Shown: piece by piece, positions 1-10,055 of the stretch
How positions within the stretch are numbered: the first letter of the stretch is position 1
How the letters are laid out: each line of letters starts with the position of its first letter
From: Natronospirales bacterium
GTDB taxonomy: Bacteria > Pseudomonadota > Gammaproteobacteria > Natronospirales > REEB76
Reading direction: 5' to 3'
Length of the DNA stretch: 64,000 bases
Assembly: GCA_021792635.1 (NCBI GenBank)
Contig: JAJYUH010000013.1
Location: 2,862 to 66,861 of the forward strand
Translations under genes and position numbers: made by a program
Notes under the pieces: model-generated
Told to the model about the DNA's origin: nothing
Seen by the model: only the letters and a program-made list of their open reading frames with translations
The model's database searches: none

Positions 1-2455
1 CACCCGCCGCAAATGTGGTGGTACCCTGGAAATCGTTGGCCTGATTGCCCAGCAAGATGTCCTGATTGCCGGAAACGGTGGAGTTCTGGGTGAAAGTCGC
101 CGCCCCCGTGACAGTGAGCGCGCCGCTCTCGCTGAGGGTGCCGCTGGAGGTCACGCTCAGACTGCCGCCCACGGCGCTCGTCCCCAGCTGCGTGGCCACC
201 GTATTGGTCAGGCTCACGGCGTTGGCGCCGCTGTTATTGAGCGACACCGCACCGGTCAGCGTATTAGCGTTGCCCAGGCTGATCGGTCCCGCGCCGCCGT
301 TGAAGGTCGCGGCCCCGCCGCCCGCCGCCTGGGTGATGGTAGTCACGCCCGATTGGGTGATGCCCGCTCCGCTTACCGTGAGCGCGCCGGTACCCAGGGT
401 CACATTGCCCAGTTGCGTCGCGGTGGCGTTGCTCAGCGTTGTTGTACCGCCGACGCTGTTGCTGATAGTGATAGTTCCCGAGAGACTGGTGCCGGAGTTG
501 GTCAGCGAAATCGGTGCGCCAGCGGAAACCAGACTCACCGCGCCGCCGCCGGCTGATTGCACCAGAGACCCGATACCGCCACTGTCGTTGATGCCGTTGC
601 CCTGAAGCGTGACCGCTCCTGTGCCCGTATTGACTGCCGCACCCACTACCACTGCCCCGGCATTGGCACCGGTGGCCTGGGCGGTGAAATTGCCGTTGCC
701 CGTAGTGATCGGCGCGCTGACAGTGATACCACAAGCAGTGGAACCACAGCTCAAACCGCTGGCATTGGTAATCAATGATACATTCAGCCTACCGGCGGTA
801 GGAGCAATACCCGTCCCTGACTGAATATTGATGCTGCCGCTGGCCTGCAGCGTCAGGTTTGCCGTGCCGGTACCGCCGACCGTAAAGCCGGAGATCGGCG
901 TCATCACAGTAATATTGCCGTTACCACCGCAAGCGCCGCAGGTGGTGGTAACGGTGACATTGGTGCCGCCTGACAGTGCTGCGGTGATATCTCCCACATA
1001 CACGTTGCCGGGGTTGCCGCTCGAGGGGGTATAGGTGCCGGTAGTGAACGTGCCGCCGCTGGTCGGGCTTACACTGGTGATGTTCACGTCCTGTGGATCC
1101 AGCAGCCAGGTTCCCGATGGCCCCGCTGGCGCGGTAGCATTTACCGTACCGGCCACCTGCAAATTTCCGCGGCTTGAGGTTTCCACAAACCCGCCGTTGC
1201 CGCCCTGCATGCCCCCTTGTACATCGATATGTCCATAAAAACCGGTGTAATTCCTGGACCAGAGGATCACCTCACCACCGTTGCCACTGGTCGTTGCATT
1301 AGCGGTCAGCGAGGCATTCTGCCCAAGCACGGTGGCGGAAGCGGCTTGAACTCCTGGCGCTCCATGCTCGTCGCCGCCTACCAGAATCGTGCCACCGCCG
1401 TGGGTGCCGGAGGCATTCACGCTGGCTTGATCCAGCACCCCGACCTGATTGCCCAGAATCTGTATGCTGCCGCCGGTACCAGCAGTGGATGCGACGTTCA
1501 CCGAAGCGTTGCCGCGTAATTCCGTGGTGCCAGTGGACTGCAGCGTGATACTGCCGCCGTTGCCGCTGGCGCTGCTGGCGTTCAGAGTGCCGCTGTTGAT
1601 TACAGCGCCGCCGTTGCCGGTAAGATAAATGTGGCCACTGTTATCTTGAATACCGGTTGCCTGCACGATGCCGCTGTTATTCACGGCTTGCATCAGTACC
1701 TGTTCGGCCACTGCCGCGGTCATCACTACCGTGCCGCCATTCGCTTCAATCTTGCCCGCATTAGTAATCACCGCCCCAGTCCGGGCATTCACCATTTTAT
1801 GCAGCACAGAACCGGTAACCTGGAATTGCATGAGGCCATCACCGTTGAAATCCACCGTGACGGCGGAACCGGCTGCCAGGTTTACCTGGCCGAGATTGGC
1901 AATGATGATGCCGTCATTGAGAACGCTGCTGCCGATGAGATTAATGGAACCGCCATCGGCCGCCTGCAGCACGCCATGATTGATAATGTAACCACCATCC
2001 TGACCATCGGGTGCGGCAAACTTGAGATTGCCACTCATGAAATCACTGTTGCTGATATTGAGACCGGTGGCGAACAATCCGCCCACATTTACCATGGCGG
2101 TTTTGCCAAAGATGATGCCATTGGGATTGAGGAGGTAAACCTGACCGTTGGCAATTAGGTTGCCGAATATCTGGCTGGGGTTCTGGCCGAGTATGCGATT
2201 CAGTGCTGCGGCGGAAACGGATGGCTGATTGAACTGCACCGTTTCATCGGAGGCAATATTGAAACTTGTCCAATCAATCACCAGGCGATTCGACTGTTGA
2301 TTGATGAGGGTGGTGGTGGTGGTGGGATTGGAAATATCACCCTGACCCGCAACCACTTGTCCGCCTTGGGGGCCGGCCACTGCGGAATTGGCGGCCACGG
2401 CGAGACACGCCAGCAACAGACCGATGGCCCTGCGGTTCAGTCGGGGGCGAAGCAT
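1..2455 (-). CDS. Two-partner-secretion exoprotein (TpsA / filamentous-haemagglutinin-like), N-terminal ~818 codons; 3-prime end lies beyond the window edge
   Basis: Not in the supplied ORF track (no stop codon inside the window). My own minus-strand translation from ATG 2455 (in-frame alternative ATG 2497) reads MLRPRLNRRAIGLLLACLAVAANSAVAGPQGGQVVAGQGDISN... TPS secretion-domain motifs LGQNPSQIFGNL and YLLNPNGIIFG are present. These are followed by continuous Gly/Thr/Ser/Asn/Ala-rich beta-helix-type repeats (GGGTILVGGDEHG, GNGGFVETSSRGNL, WLLDPQDVNITS), with the frame open to nt 1. Lies directly downstream of the TpsB gene on the same strand. Confidence 0.85.
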   Translation of the reverse strand, partial: MLRPRLNRRAIGLLLACLAVAANSAVAGPQGGQVVAGQGDISNPTTTTTLINQQSNRLVIDWTSFNIASDETVQFNQPSVSAAALNRILGQNPSQIFGNLIANGQVYLLNPNGIIFGKTAMVNVGGLFATGLNISNSDFMSGNLKFAAPDGQDGGYIINHGVLQAADGGSINLIGSSVLNDGIIIANLGQVNLAAGSAVTVDFNGDGLMQFQVTGSVLHKMVNARTGAVITNAGKIEANGGTVVMTAAVAEQVLMQAVNNSGIVQATGIQDNSGHIYLTGNGGAVINSGTLNASSASGNGGSITLQSTGTTELRGNASVNVASTAGTGGSIQILGNQVGVLDQASVNASGTHGGGTILVGGDEHGAPGVQAASATVLGQNASLTANATTSGNGGEVILWSRNYTGFYGHIDVQGGMQGGNGGFVETSSRGNLQVAGTVNATAPAGPSGTWLLDPQDVNITSVSPTSGGTFTTGTYTPSSGNPGNVYVGDITAALSGGTNVTVTTTCGACGGNGNITVMTPISGFTVGGTGTANLTLQASGSINIQSGTGIAPTAGRLNVSLITNASGLSCGSTACGITVSAPITTGNGNFTAQATGANAGAVVVGAAVNTGTGAVTLQGNGINDSGGIGSLVQSAGGGAVSLVSAGAPISLTNSGTSLSGTITISNSVGGTTTLSNATATQLGNVTLGTGALTVSGAGITQSGVTTITQAAGGGAATFNGGAGPISLGNANTLTGAVSLNNSGANAVSLTNTVATQLGTSAVGGSLSVTSSGTLSESGALTVTGAATFTQNSTVSGNQDILLGNQANDFQGTTTFAAG

Positions 2456-2561
2456 TTGCTGTACCTGCCCCGTTGCGGGTTCTGCTGCTCGCTGCATGCT
2501 ATCCCCTGTCATTCCATGTATAGGCTGCCCGGGCCCGATATATCGTTAAATAAAGTGTAGC

Positions 2562-4598
2562 TCAAAAACTGAAGGTCGCGTCAGCCCATAGCTGCGAGGC
2601 GCTACGGATCGCCGTAGGGTCATAAATCGTCGCGCCCGGCCGCGCTCCACCGTTCAGGTGCGCCCATTGCAGGTTGGCCGTGAACCGGCCGGGCCAGGTG
2701 AATTCAATGCCGATGCCATTGCCCTCCACCGCGATACGCTTGGTATTGGGATTCACGGGGTTATTCAAAATACCGACGGCGGCATCGCTGAAAATACTGA
2801 AGCGCAACACTTGCCCCCAAGTAAATCCCCCGAAGGCGGCTTTGTCCGCAAAACCCGGAGCCCGGACGCTGTACGACAATGAGCCGAATACTCCCTTGTC
2901 AGTCAGGAATTGCGAGGTGGGTACGGCACGCACACTGTCAGGTCCGCCGATCACAAATTGCTCCAGCGATGTCAGCATGTCAGGTGAATACTGGCCATCC
3001 AGGCGGAATAGCATTGATTGGTTATAGGGCAGGCTCTTGAACAGTTGATAATTGACTGTCAGGCGCGTAAAGCTCGGCAGCGCCGGCTGGCCATTTCCTC
3101 CAAACCGACTGGGCGGCGGAGAGACCTGCTTGTTCTCAATCGCCGAATCACTCGGCACACCCAGCACGCCCGGAAGTCCGCGTTCCAGACGGATGGAGCT
3201 GGTAGTAATGATTCCCAGATATGGATTGATGGAATCATAATTCAATTGAAATCCCAGTACCGCAAGATTGTCACGTCCGATGACATTGCCAAGAAATTGG
3301 GTATCAGCCTGCTTGCGGCTCAAATCAATCGTACCGATGATGTTTTGCTCACGTGAGCGTAAAAATGCACGCTGCAGCGATAATGTTGCTATTTTAGATA
3401 TGCCGCCGATAGTACCTGGGGTTATTCCGGAGCCAGTGACATTGAATGAGTTCCGGCTTACATCCACAGCTATTGTATTTTCAGGATTGTAGAATGGATG
3501 CTCGTAACGGATATCGCCGAAAATGGAATTTTCAGGCGAAAATGTCTTCAGTGCCGTAACTCTGAGAAGATCCGCATCGCCGGTTGGGTTGTTCCAGTCA
3601 AAGGTACCGATGAGACGACGCCGTCCGGTAAATGCCGTTCCTTCATTATCCGCACGCACGCTTGCGTCATAAGGGCGCTCCTGCTGCACGTTGATAACCA
3701 TATCAGTAGTACCAACATAATCACCGGGTCGGAATACCCCGAATGCACTCAACCCCGGATATTGCGCCAGAGTAAGCAATGCATTCTCGCTCTGCTTCAC
3801 TGTTACCAAGTCGCCGATCATGGATTTAAATGGCCTTGCTAACAGCGCGCTTGAATAACGCTTGTTACCGACGGTTACGATCTTATGCAGACGACCCTCA
3901 AGCACGCGGATATGCACAATGCCATCAGTGACTTCCTGCGCCGGAATTACCGCGCGCGCGAGGAAATAGCCGCGCCGGTGGTAATACTCTGTTATCACAT
4001 TTGCAATCTGTTGCAGTTCACCAACCGTCAATCCACGAAACTGAGCCAGATGTTTAAGCTGTAGCTGCCGAATAAACTGCTGATACGCTTTTTTCTGCAC
4101 TTCAGGTGATTCTGTTTTGATCCTGCCCTGCATGAACCGGGCTATTTGCTCGCGCTCTTTCGATGTAAGTTCCCGGGGCGCCCGGGTCGGGCGATGTTCC
4201 ACCCGCTGAAGTTGCTTTTCAACCAGCGCTTCGATTTGCGAGAAACGCCTATCCACTGCCTTCTGTACTTGCTCCGGGATAATGCCGCTGCTGCGATCTC
4301 CGATTACCCCGGTGATGATGAATTTCCTGACAAATATTCTTGCGCCCTCGCTGCTTTTCAGCGGCCGTTCTGCGACAGGAGGAATATTAATTTGCAGATT
4401 GGTTTCCGGAAGCGGCAGGATCGGCGGTGGCACGATAGGTTGTGCGCCGCCGGGCTGCGCACCACCCGGTAGCGGTGGTGGTGGCGGCTGCAATACCGCA
4501 GGAGGAGCGGCCAATGCCATACTTGGCAGCAATATGCCAAGCAGTATCCTTGACAGCCAGTTACGGAATGCAGAAATACGAAATGGGCTCGCCGTCAT
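2562..4598 (-). CDS. ShlB/FhaC/HecB-family outer-membrane transporter (TpsB) of two-partner secretion
   Basis: ORF 2562..4835. Likely start is ATG 4598 (MTASPFRISAFRNWLSRILLGILLPSMALAAP signal peptide; GAAGG about 7 nt upstream). Pro-rich linker, POTRA-like segment (RGYFLARAVIPAQEVTDGIVHIRVLEGRLHKI), and a C-terminal beta-barrel ending in aromatic ...WADATFSF. Confidence 0.85.
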   Translation of the reverse strand: MTASPFRISAFRNWLSRILLGILLPSMALAAPPAVLQPPPPPLPGGAQPGGAQPIVPPPILPLPETNLQINIPPVAERPLKSSEGARIFVRKFIITGVIGDRSSGIIPEQVQKAVDRRFSQIEALVEKQLQRVEHRPTRAPRELTSKEREQIARFMQGRIKTESPEVQKKAYQQFIRQLQLKHLAQFRGLTVGELQQIANVITEYYHRRGYFLARAVIPAQEVTDGIVHIRVLEGRLHKIVTVGNKRYSSALLARPFKSMIGDLVTVKQSENALLTLAQYPGLSAFGVFRPGDYVGTTDMVINVQQERPYDASVRADNEGTAFTGRRRLIGTFDWNNPTGDADLLRVTALKTFSPENSIFGDIRYEHPFYNPENTIAVDVSRNSFNVTGSGITPGTIGGISKIATLSLQRAFLRSREQNIIGTIDLSRKQADTQFLGNVIGRDNLAVLGFQLNYDSINPYLGIITTSSIRLERGLPGVLGVPSDSAIENKQVSPPPSRFGGNGQPALPSFTRLTVNYQLFKSLPYNQSMLFRLDGQYSPDMLTSLEQFVIGGPDSVRAVPTSQFLTDKGVFGSLSYSVRAPGFADKAAFGGFTWGQVLRFSIFSDAAVGILNNPVNPNTKRIAVEGNGIGIEFTWPGRFTANLQWAHLNGGARPGATIYDPTAIRSASQLWADATFSF

Positions 4599-4955
4599 CA
4601 GGGGCCTTCTGGAGTTGTTCCCGAAATCACCGCGCGCCGGTAACGCCTTAGGAGGTACGGGCTGCCACCGCATCGAGTCCAGCCGCGGCTGGTGTGGTGT
4701 AAACGACGTGGGGGACGGGGCTAAGATAGCGTGACTACCCACGGGTTGGCAACAATTATGTAAGATAGGTCCAAGGCCAGCCTGTATGGTGCACATATAT
4801 AAGTGAGGCGATCGGGGCGATAGCCCGCGATACATGAGCCTGTTCGCCGCGGGCTACAAGCAGAGTTTACGGTTATGTAACATGTGCCGCCGAGGTGCGG
4901 TACCCGGACACCCTCCCTGCACACCCATGGCACGCATAATTCAAGGTATCACGGC

Positions 4956-5684
4956 ATGAAAGAATCCACGCCCGCATTGCACTGGAACTCCTTCGGTATC
5001 ACCAACGTCGGTGCAGTGCGCAAGGCCAACGAGGATGCCTTCCTAAACCGCCCAGATCTGGGAGTCTGGGCGGTGGCGGACGGCATGGGCGGTCATGCTG
5101 CCGGTGATGTCGCAAGCCAGATTGTAGTAGACCGGCTTGCGCAGCTGCCCGCAAACAGCAGTCTCAGCGCGCTGATTGATGCAGCCGAGGATCGCCTGTT
5201 GGAAGCAAACCGCAAACTTCTGACTTTGGCAATGCGTCAGAAGGAACGCACCATCGGCAGCACGGTGCTAGCTCTGGTTGCACGCGGCCGTCACGCGGCT
5301 TGTCTGTGGGCGGGTGACAGCCGTTTGTATCGTATCCGTGGCCGACGCATCGAACAAATGATGCAGGATCATGCCATGGTGGAAGACCTGGTGGCGAGCG
5401 GTCTCATCACACGCGAAGAGGCGGCAGATCACCCCCAGGCAAACCGTATTACCCGTGCAATCGGTGCCATGCCAAGTTTATTCATGGATATTGAGCTCTT
5501 TGCAGTACGGCCAGGCGATATCTACCTGCTTTGCAGTGACGGGCTTTACAAGGAACTCAGCAACGACGAAATCGTAAAAACACTCAACAATAACGAACAA
5601 GCTGTTGACAAACTGATCATGTTTGCCCTGGAACGCGGTGCGCGAGACAACGTCACGGTAGTAACCGTACGCTTCACATCATAG
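4956..5684 (+). CDS. PP2C-family (PPM) serine/threonine protein phosphatase
   Basis: ORF 4884..5684; start moved to ATG 4956 (MKESTPALHWNSFGITNVG). PPM motifs RKANEDAF, ADGMGGHAAGDVAS, DSRLYR, LLCSDGL, RGARDNVTVV. Confidence 0.85.
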   Translation: MKESTPALHWNSFGITNVGAVRKANEDAFLNRPDLGVWAVADGMGGHAAGDVASQIVVDRLAQLPANSSLSALIDAAEDRLLEANRKLLTLAMRQKERTIGSTVLALVARGRHAACLWAGDSRLYRIRGRRIEQMMQDHAMVEDLVASGLITREEAADHPQANRITRAIGAMPSLFMDIELFAVRPGDIYLLCSDGLYKELSNDEIVKTLNNNEQAVDKLIMFALERGARDNVTVVTVRFTS

Positions 5685-5720
5685 ATGTTTATTTCTTGAA
5701 ATAAATCCGGGAGGCCATAC

Positions 5721-8700
5721 GTGACTGATTTCGAGAAATTACTTGATGATGTTGTGCAAGGAAAAATTTCGCTTGCCCCGCTACGGGATTGGTTAGAACA
5801 AGCCTTGCGGCAACCGGGATGTGATCTCGGTGCATTAAGCGCTTCCATAGAAAATGCGCAGCGAGCCGGACTCTCGCAGCCCGTAGCCATGGTATTGCGC
5901 AAACAAATTGAAACATTACAGAACCCGTCAAATATGGCGCCGCATGATAAAGAGCAGGATCAGATCACCGCGACCATAACCACCACAAGAACCGAAACGC
6001 AGCCGGATAACATGGAGCGTACCAGTACCGCCGAATTGCCGGCTGAATCTACGCACACTGATACGGATCGCACGGTGACGGCTCCCGGCACAAGTACAAC
6101 ATCCCCTTCTGATGAAACCTCTGCTGCGTCCGGAACGGATACTGAGCGGACAGTAATGCTCAATACGACCGGAAACAGTACAAATGATCGGACTGTAACC
6201 GGGATATCAGAAAGCTCGTTGCGAAATGCAGATGAATACGATCCATTTTCCCCTGATGTCACTTTGTCCTCCGGATCCGGTGAGTTAACCAGCACAGACT
6301 GGAATGCGGGTGCCGAGAAAAAAACCACTCATGTGGCTGATAAAGTTGGTCCTGGCACAATTCTGAAAGAACGCTTTGAACTGGTAAGTGTTCTTGGGGA
6401 AGGCGGCATGGGCAAGGTTTACCGGGCACGGGATCTGCTCAAGGTGGAAGCCAAGGACAAAAACCCGTTCATTGCCGTGAAGACGCTCTCTGGAGACTTC
6501 AGGCAGCACCCGGAAGCATTCATGGCCCTGCAGCGCGAGGCTAGCAAGGCACAACGGCTTGCACACCCGAATATCGCCACCGTATTTGACTTTGATCGCG
6601 ACAGCACCACTATTTATCTCACCATGGAACTGATGGAGGGAGAAGAACTGTCTTCCTTCATAAAACGGCTGCCTGCCGGCGGTTTGCCGGTCCCAGAGGC
6701 CATGAATTTCATCAAGCAATTATGCGATGGGCTCGGTTATGCTCACTCGAAAGGCCTGGTGCATTCTGATTTCAAGCCTGGCAATGTATTCATCACCAAA
6801 GAAGGTACAGTCAAGCTTCTGGATTTCGGTATTGCACGTGCTTCTACTACCCGCAAGGATGTGTCAGGAGAAACCACGATTTTTGATCCCAGCGAGCTCG
6901 GTGCGCTCACCCCAGCCTATGCATCGCTTGAGATGTTTGATGGCGATGATCCTGATCCGCGCGATGATATCTATGCACTCGCCTGCGTCTCATATGAGCT
7001 GCTTACCGGCAAGCATCCGTTCAATAAGCTCTCCGCTCCAAAAGTACTGGAAAAGGGTTTGCGTCCAGCACCTATTGCCAAGCTTAGCAAACGGCAGAAC
7101 AGGGCTTTGATGAACGCACTTGCGATACACCGGGAGGATCGGACTCCCACTGTAGAAAGATTCTGGGAAGGGCTCAGGTCGAAAAAAAGCCCCGTCATAC
7201 AGTACGGCCCCATCGCCGTAGCCGTCATAATCATACTGCTACTGCTGGGCTACAAGCCGATTCAAGGCTACCTGCATGCGCGGCGTAATAACGAGCTTGT
7301 GGCCCGCATTCAATCCGGTAACACAGATATTCCTTCCGTCCTCAAGCTTATCAGTGGCTACAGCCCGGACTCACAACGCTACATTCTTGAAAATGGCAAA
7401 GAAAAGATCATCAAATATTTTGAGGCTCAGGCAGAAGCGTTCGTGGATGAAAGCCATGGCCAGTACAATTATCCCGCCGCACTCGACGAGATAGCCAGGG
7501 CATCACGATACTTTTCTGATTCCGCCGAGTTATTACAGGAGCAATCTAGCCTGCAAAATCGCAGGGCAACCCTGCTTGCAAAATTGACAAAAGAATTCAA
7601 TTCGCTGCTTGCTGCGAATGAAATCCTGCCGGGTAAGGGACAGAATATCGTCAAGATCATCAAGATACTTCGTATAGCGGATCCCGCCAACAGTCTTTTG
7701 CACGATGAGCGCCTCTCAAATCAGTATGCGCAACTGGTGCAAAAAGATATGGACAATGAAGACTATACTGCCGCCAACCAAGCTCTGGTGGTAGGACGAG
7801 ATTACGCGCCAAATGACCCGGTGCTGCTCAATCTGCAGGATCAGGTGCGGCATGCGCTGACGCAGCAGCGGGATAGCTTACGCATCGCTCAACTCGATAA
7901 CGTGCTGCAAGCAGCTGCACCAAAACTGCGCTCTCTGGCTGATTTTTCCCGCCTAAAAGACGATATGCTGGAACTGACACGGCTTAATCCTGACGATCCG
8001 GTGCTTGAGAAGCTTGATCTTGTCCTCAAGAACACGCTGCAAGCTGCTTTGCATACGGATACCGCCACCAAGAACTGGAGGAATGCCGAAAAGATTCTAT
8101 TTGAATATTCTCATCTTCTCAGCATTGAGGAAATACTTGCGGACCGAATGGTGCTGTCACAGTCAGAAACCAGAAATAACTATGTCCCTGCGGACATGCA
8201 GGTGCGTCTGCGGGAGATTCATCAGCACCGCTTGGGTATCACAAGGCTGCTCGCCGCACCGGATTACAGCAGCGGCTGGGACAGCAAAATAATGCAACTA
8301 ATGCAGGAAACCGCATCTCTGCTGTTACCCAATGATTTTGACTGGTATAAGCGCATGCGTGAAAAGGTAACTGGAACTTACCTGAACCTCGCACAGCAGA
8401 TGATCAAGCAGAATCGTTTTGATGCTGCCACCACCTTGCTTGCCACAGGCAGAAGATATACCCCGCAGTTTCCGGGTTTCGTGCAAGCCAGTGAGGCCTT
8501 GGCGACCGCGCAGCAGAATTTCGCACAGATACAGGCCCGGCGTCTGCGCATGGCGCAAATCACTGCCCTCGAAAACCAGTTTCAGACGCAACTGAATGCC
8601 GGCCAGGTCAATGACGCGAAACAGACCTATGCAAAATTGCAGCACCGGCTGTCAGCCGATGATAAGTTTCTCACTACTGATGCACCGCGAGCCTATGCCA

Positions 8701-10055
8701 TGGCTTACCTCAACCTGGCCAACGCGCGTGCCAGTAGCGGAGATTATCGTGGCGCGATCACCCTGGTAAACGGCGGACTGCACTACGCTCCCCTTGCCGG
8801 CCTGGAAAAGGCACTGCGTAACTACACAGCCCAGGCTGAACGCAATGACCTATTCGCCATGGTGAATGCACTGCAGCCGGCCGACGTGATTTCTCTGAAA
8901 AGAAAACTTACGGATGTGCAACGGCTGTTTCCCGGGGAACAGATACAGATTGCCGATAATCTCTTCAGAAAATTGGCGCAACACATTAATACGCTGAAAA
9001 CTGTCAATCTTGGACTAGCCGACCAATTACTGAGCGCGTCAAAAGCCGCGTTTTTGCAAAGCGCCCTCATCCAGAATATGAACCTGCCGCCTGCACCGCA
9101 GCTGTCACGCTATGCGCAGCTTGGACGCGAAGCCATGGCTAAAAATGACCTCTCGAAAGCTGAAGGCTACTTCGAACAAGGTCAACAGGCGCAGCCGCGC
9201 AATCAGGATCTTGTGCAGTTTGGCACACAACTACAGGCAGCCCAATCCAGTGCCAATCGCTATTTTCTTGCTTATCAGGAATACATGCGCGCGGGTCAGC
9301 CACGGCAAGCGAAGGTGTACCTTGACGAAGCTATCCGCTTATGGGCAGACAATCCGGTTTTTGTGGCTGAATACCAACGTAATTTTGGTTCCAGCCAGGA
9401 ACCTGTACGCAGCCCTAATGGTGGTCAGCCCTGCACGGCAGAGCTGGCCGGGTACGGTCGGCAAGGCCGTGCCGAATGCTACGACCTCTTGGGCAATGGC
9501 CTGCAGGGACCCGCAATGGTGGTGGTACCTGCTGGTGGCGGCTTCAAACAGCCTTTTGCCATCGGCAAGTACGCCGTATCCGTGGGACAGATCAATGCCT
9601 TCTGTGCTGCCACAAAAAAATGCGGGCTGTTGCCTGGTGACGGTAATTTGCCTGCGACAAATATCCCCTTTGGCGAAGTGAAGTCCTATATTGCATGGCT
9701 TTCCGCCAGAAGCGATGAGCATTATTTCATTCCCTCTTATGCTCAGTACCGTTATGCAGCCAGCGTGGGCGGCACCGATACCAATCGTGATTTCAATTGC
9801 CAGGTGACCCTGGCTGGCCAGGTTATCAAGGGATTAACTCCAGTGAATATTGAAACCGGCCAAGCCAACGGCTGGGGACTGGTCAATTATGTGGGAAACG
9901 TGCAGGAATGGGTTCTGGGGTCAGATGGTCTTGAGGCGGTGGGCGGCAGTTACCGGGATCCATTGTCGCTGTGCAGCGTAGATCTGGTGCGCCCCAGTAA
10001 TGGTGCTGCGGATCCGCTCACGGGTTTCCGTGTTGGCCGGAACCTGGATAAATAA
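5721..10055 (+). CDS. Hanks-type Ser/Thr protein kinase, membrane-spanning, with long helical-repeat region and C-terminal FGE-sulfatase (SUMF1)-like domain
   Basis: GTG 5721 with GGGAGG 6 nt upstream. Kinase motifs GEGGMGKVY, IAVKTL, HSDFKPGNVF, DFGIAR (about nt 6360-7140). Single TM VIQYGPIAVAVIIILLLLGY (about nt 7195-7260), then ~700 aa of helical/TPR-like sequence. C-terminal FGE-sulfatase-like signature PAMVVVPAGGGFKQPFAIGKYAVSVGQINAF ... NGWGLVNYVGNVQEWV ... GGSYRDP ... GFRVGR (about nt 9500-10040). Confidence 0.85.
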   Translation: MTDFEKLLDDVVQGKISLAPLRDWLEQALRQPGCDLGALSASIENAQRAGLSQPVAMVLRKQIETLQNPSNMAPHDKEQDQITATITTTRTETQPDNMERTSTAELPAESTHTDTDRTVTAPGTSTTSPSDETSAASGTDTERTVMLNTTGNSTNDRTVTGISESSLRNADEYDPFSPDVTLSSGSGELTSTDWNAGAEKKTTHVADKVGPGTILKERFELVSVLGEGGMGKVYRARDLLKVEAKDKNPFIAVKTLSGDFRQHPEAFMALQREASKAQRLAHPNIATVFDFDRDSTTIYLTMELMEGEELSSFIKRLPAGGLPVPEAMNFIKQLCDGLGYAHSKGLVHSDFKPGNVFITKEGTVKLLDFGIARASTTRKDVSGETTIFDPSELGALTPAYASLEMFDGDDPDPRDDIYALACVSYELLTGKHPFNKLSAPKVLEKGLRPAPIAKLSKRQNRALMNALAIHREDRTPTVERFWEGLRSKKSPVIQYGPIAVAVIIILLLLGYKPIQGYLHARRNNELVARIQSGNTDIPSVLKLISGYSPDSQRYILENGKEKIIKYFEAQAEAFVDESHGQYNYPAALDEIARASRYFSDSAELLQEQSSLQNRRATLLAKLTKEFNSLLAANEILPGKGQNIVKIIKILRIADPANSLLHDERLSNQYAQLVQKDMDNEDYTAANQALVVGRDYAPNDPVLLNLQDQVRHALTQQRDSLRIAQLDNVLQAAAPKLRSLADFSRLKDDMLELTRLNPDDPVLEKLDLVLKNTLQAALHTDTATKNWRNAEKILFEYSHLLSIEEILADRMVLSQSETRNNYVPADMQVRLREIHQHRLGITRLLAAPDYSSGWDSKIMQLMQETASLLLPNDFDWYKRMREKVTGTYLNLAQQMIKQNRFDAATTLLATGRRYTPQFPGFVQASEALATAQQNFAQIQARRLRMAQITALENQFQTQLNAGQVNDAKQTYAKLQHRLSADDKFLTTDAPRAYAMAYLNLANARASSGDYRGAITLVNGGLHYAPLAGLEKALRNYTAQAERNDLFAMVNALQPADVISLKRKLTDVQRLFPGEQIQIADNLFRKLAQHINTLKTVNLGLADQLLSASKAAFLQSALIQNMNLPPAPQLSRYAQLGREAMAKNDLSKAEGYFEQGQQAQPRNQDLVQFGTQLQAAQSSANRYFLAYQEYMRAGQPRQAKVYLDEAIRLWADNPVFVAEYQRNFGSSQEPVRSPNGGQPCTAELAGYGRQGRAECYDLLGNGLQGPAMVVVPAGGGFKQPFAIGKYAVSVGQINAFCAATKKCGLLPGDGNLPATNIPFGEVKSYIAWLSARSDEHYFIPSYAQYRYAASVGGTDTNRDFNCQVTLAGQVIKGLTPVNIETGQANGWGLVNYVGNVQEWVLGSDGLEAVGGSYRDPLSLCSVDLVRPSNGAADPLTGFRVGRNLDK

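Noticed and set aside
66-2158. Multiple plus-strand ORFs (66..605, 609..824, 1631..2158 and others) with Pro/Val/Ala/Thr-rich low-complexity products
   Set aside because: They are antisense or off-frame shadows of the repetitive TpsA gene on the minus strand. They have no start context or domain signatures.
4599-4835. 79-codon N-terminal extension of the TpsB ORF (MYRGLSPRSPHLYMCTIQAG...)
   Set aside because: There is no signal peptide at that N-terminus. The internal ATG 4598 is followed by a canonical signal peptide and has an RBS-like GAAGG. Similar over-long track ORFs were trimmed for PP2C, the methyltransferase, HIBADH, fadH, icd, arnD, GST, AKR, copA and others.
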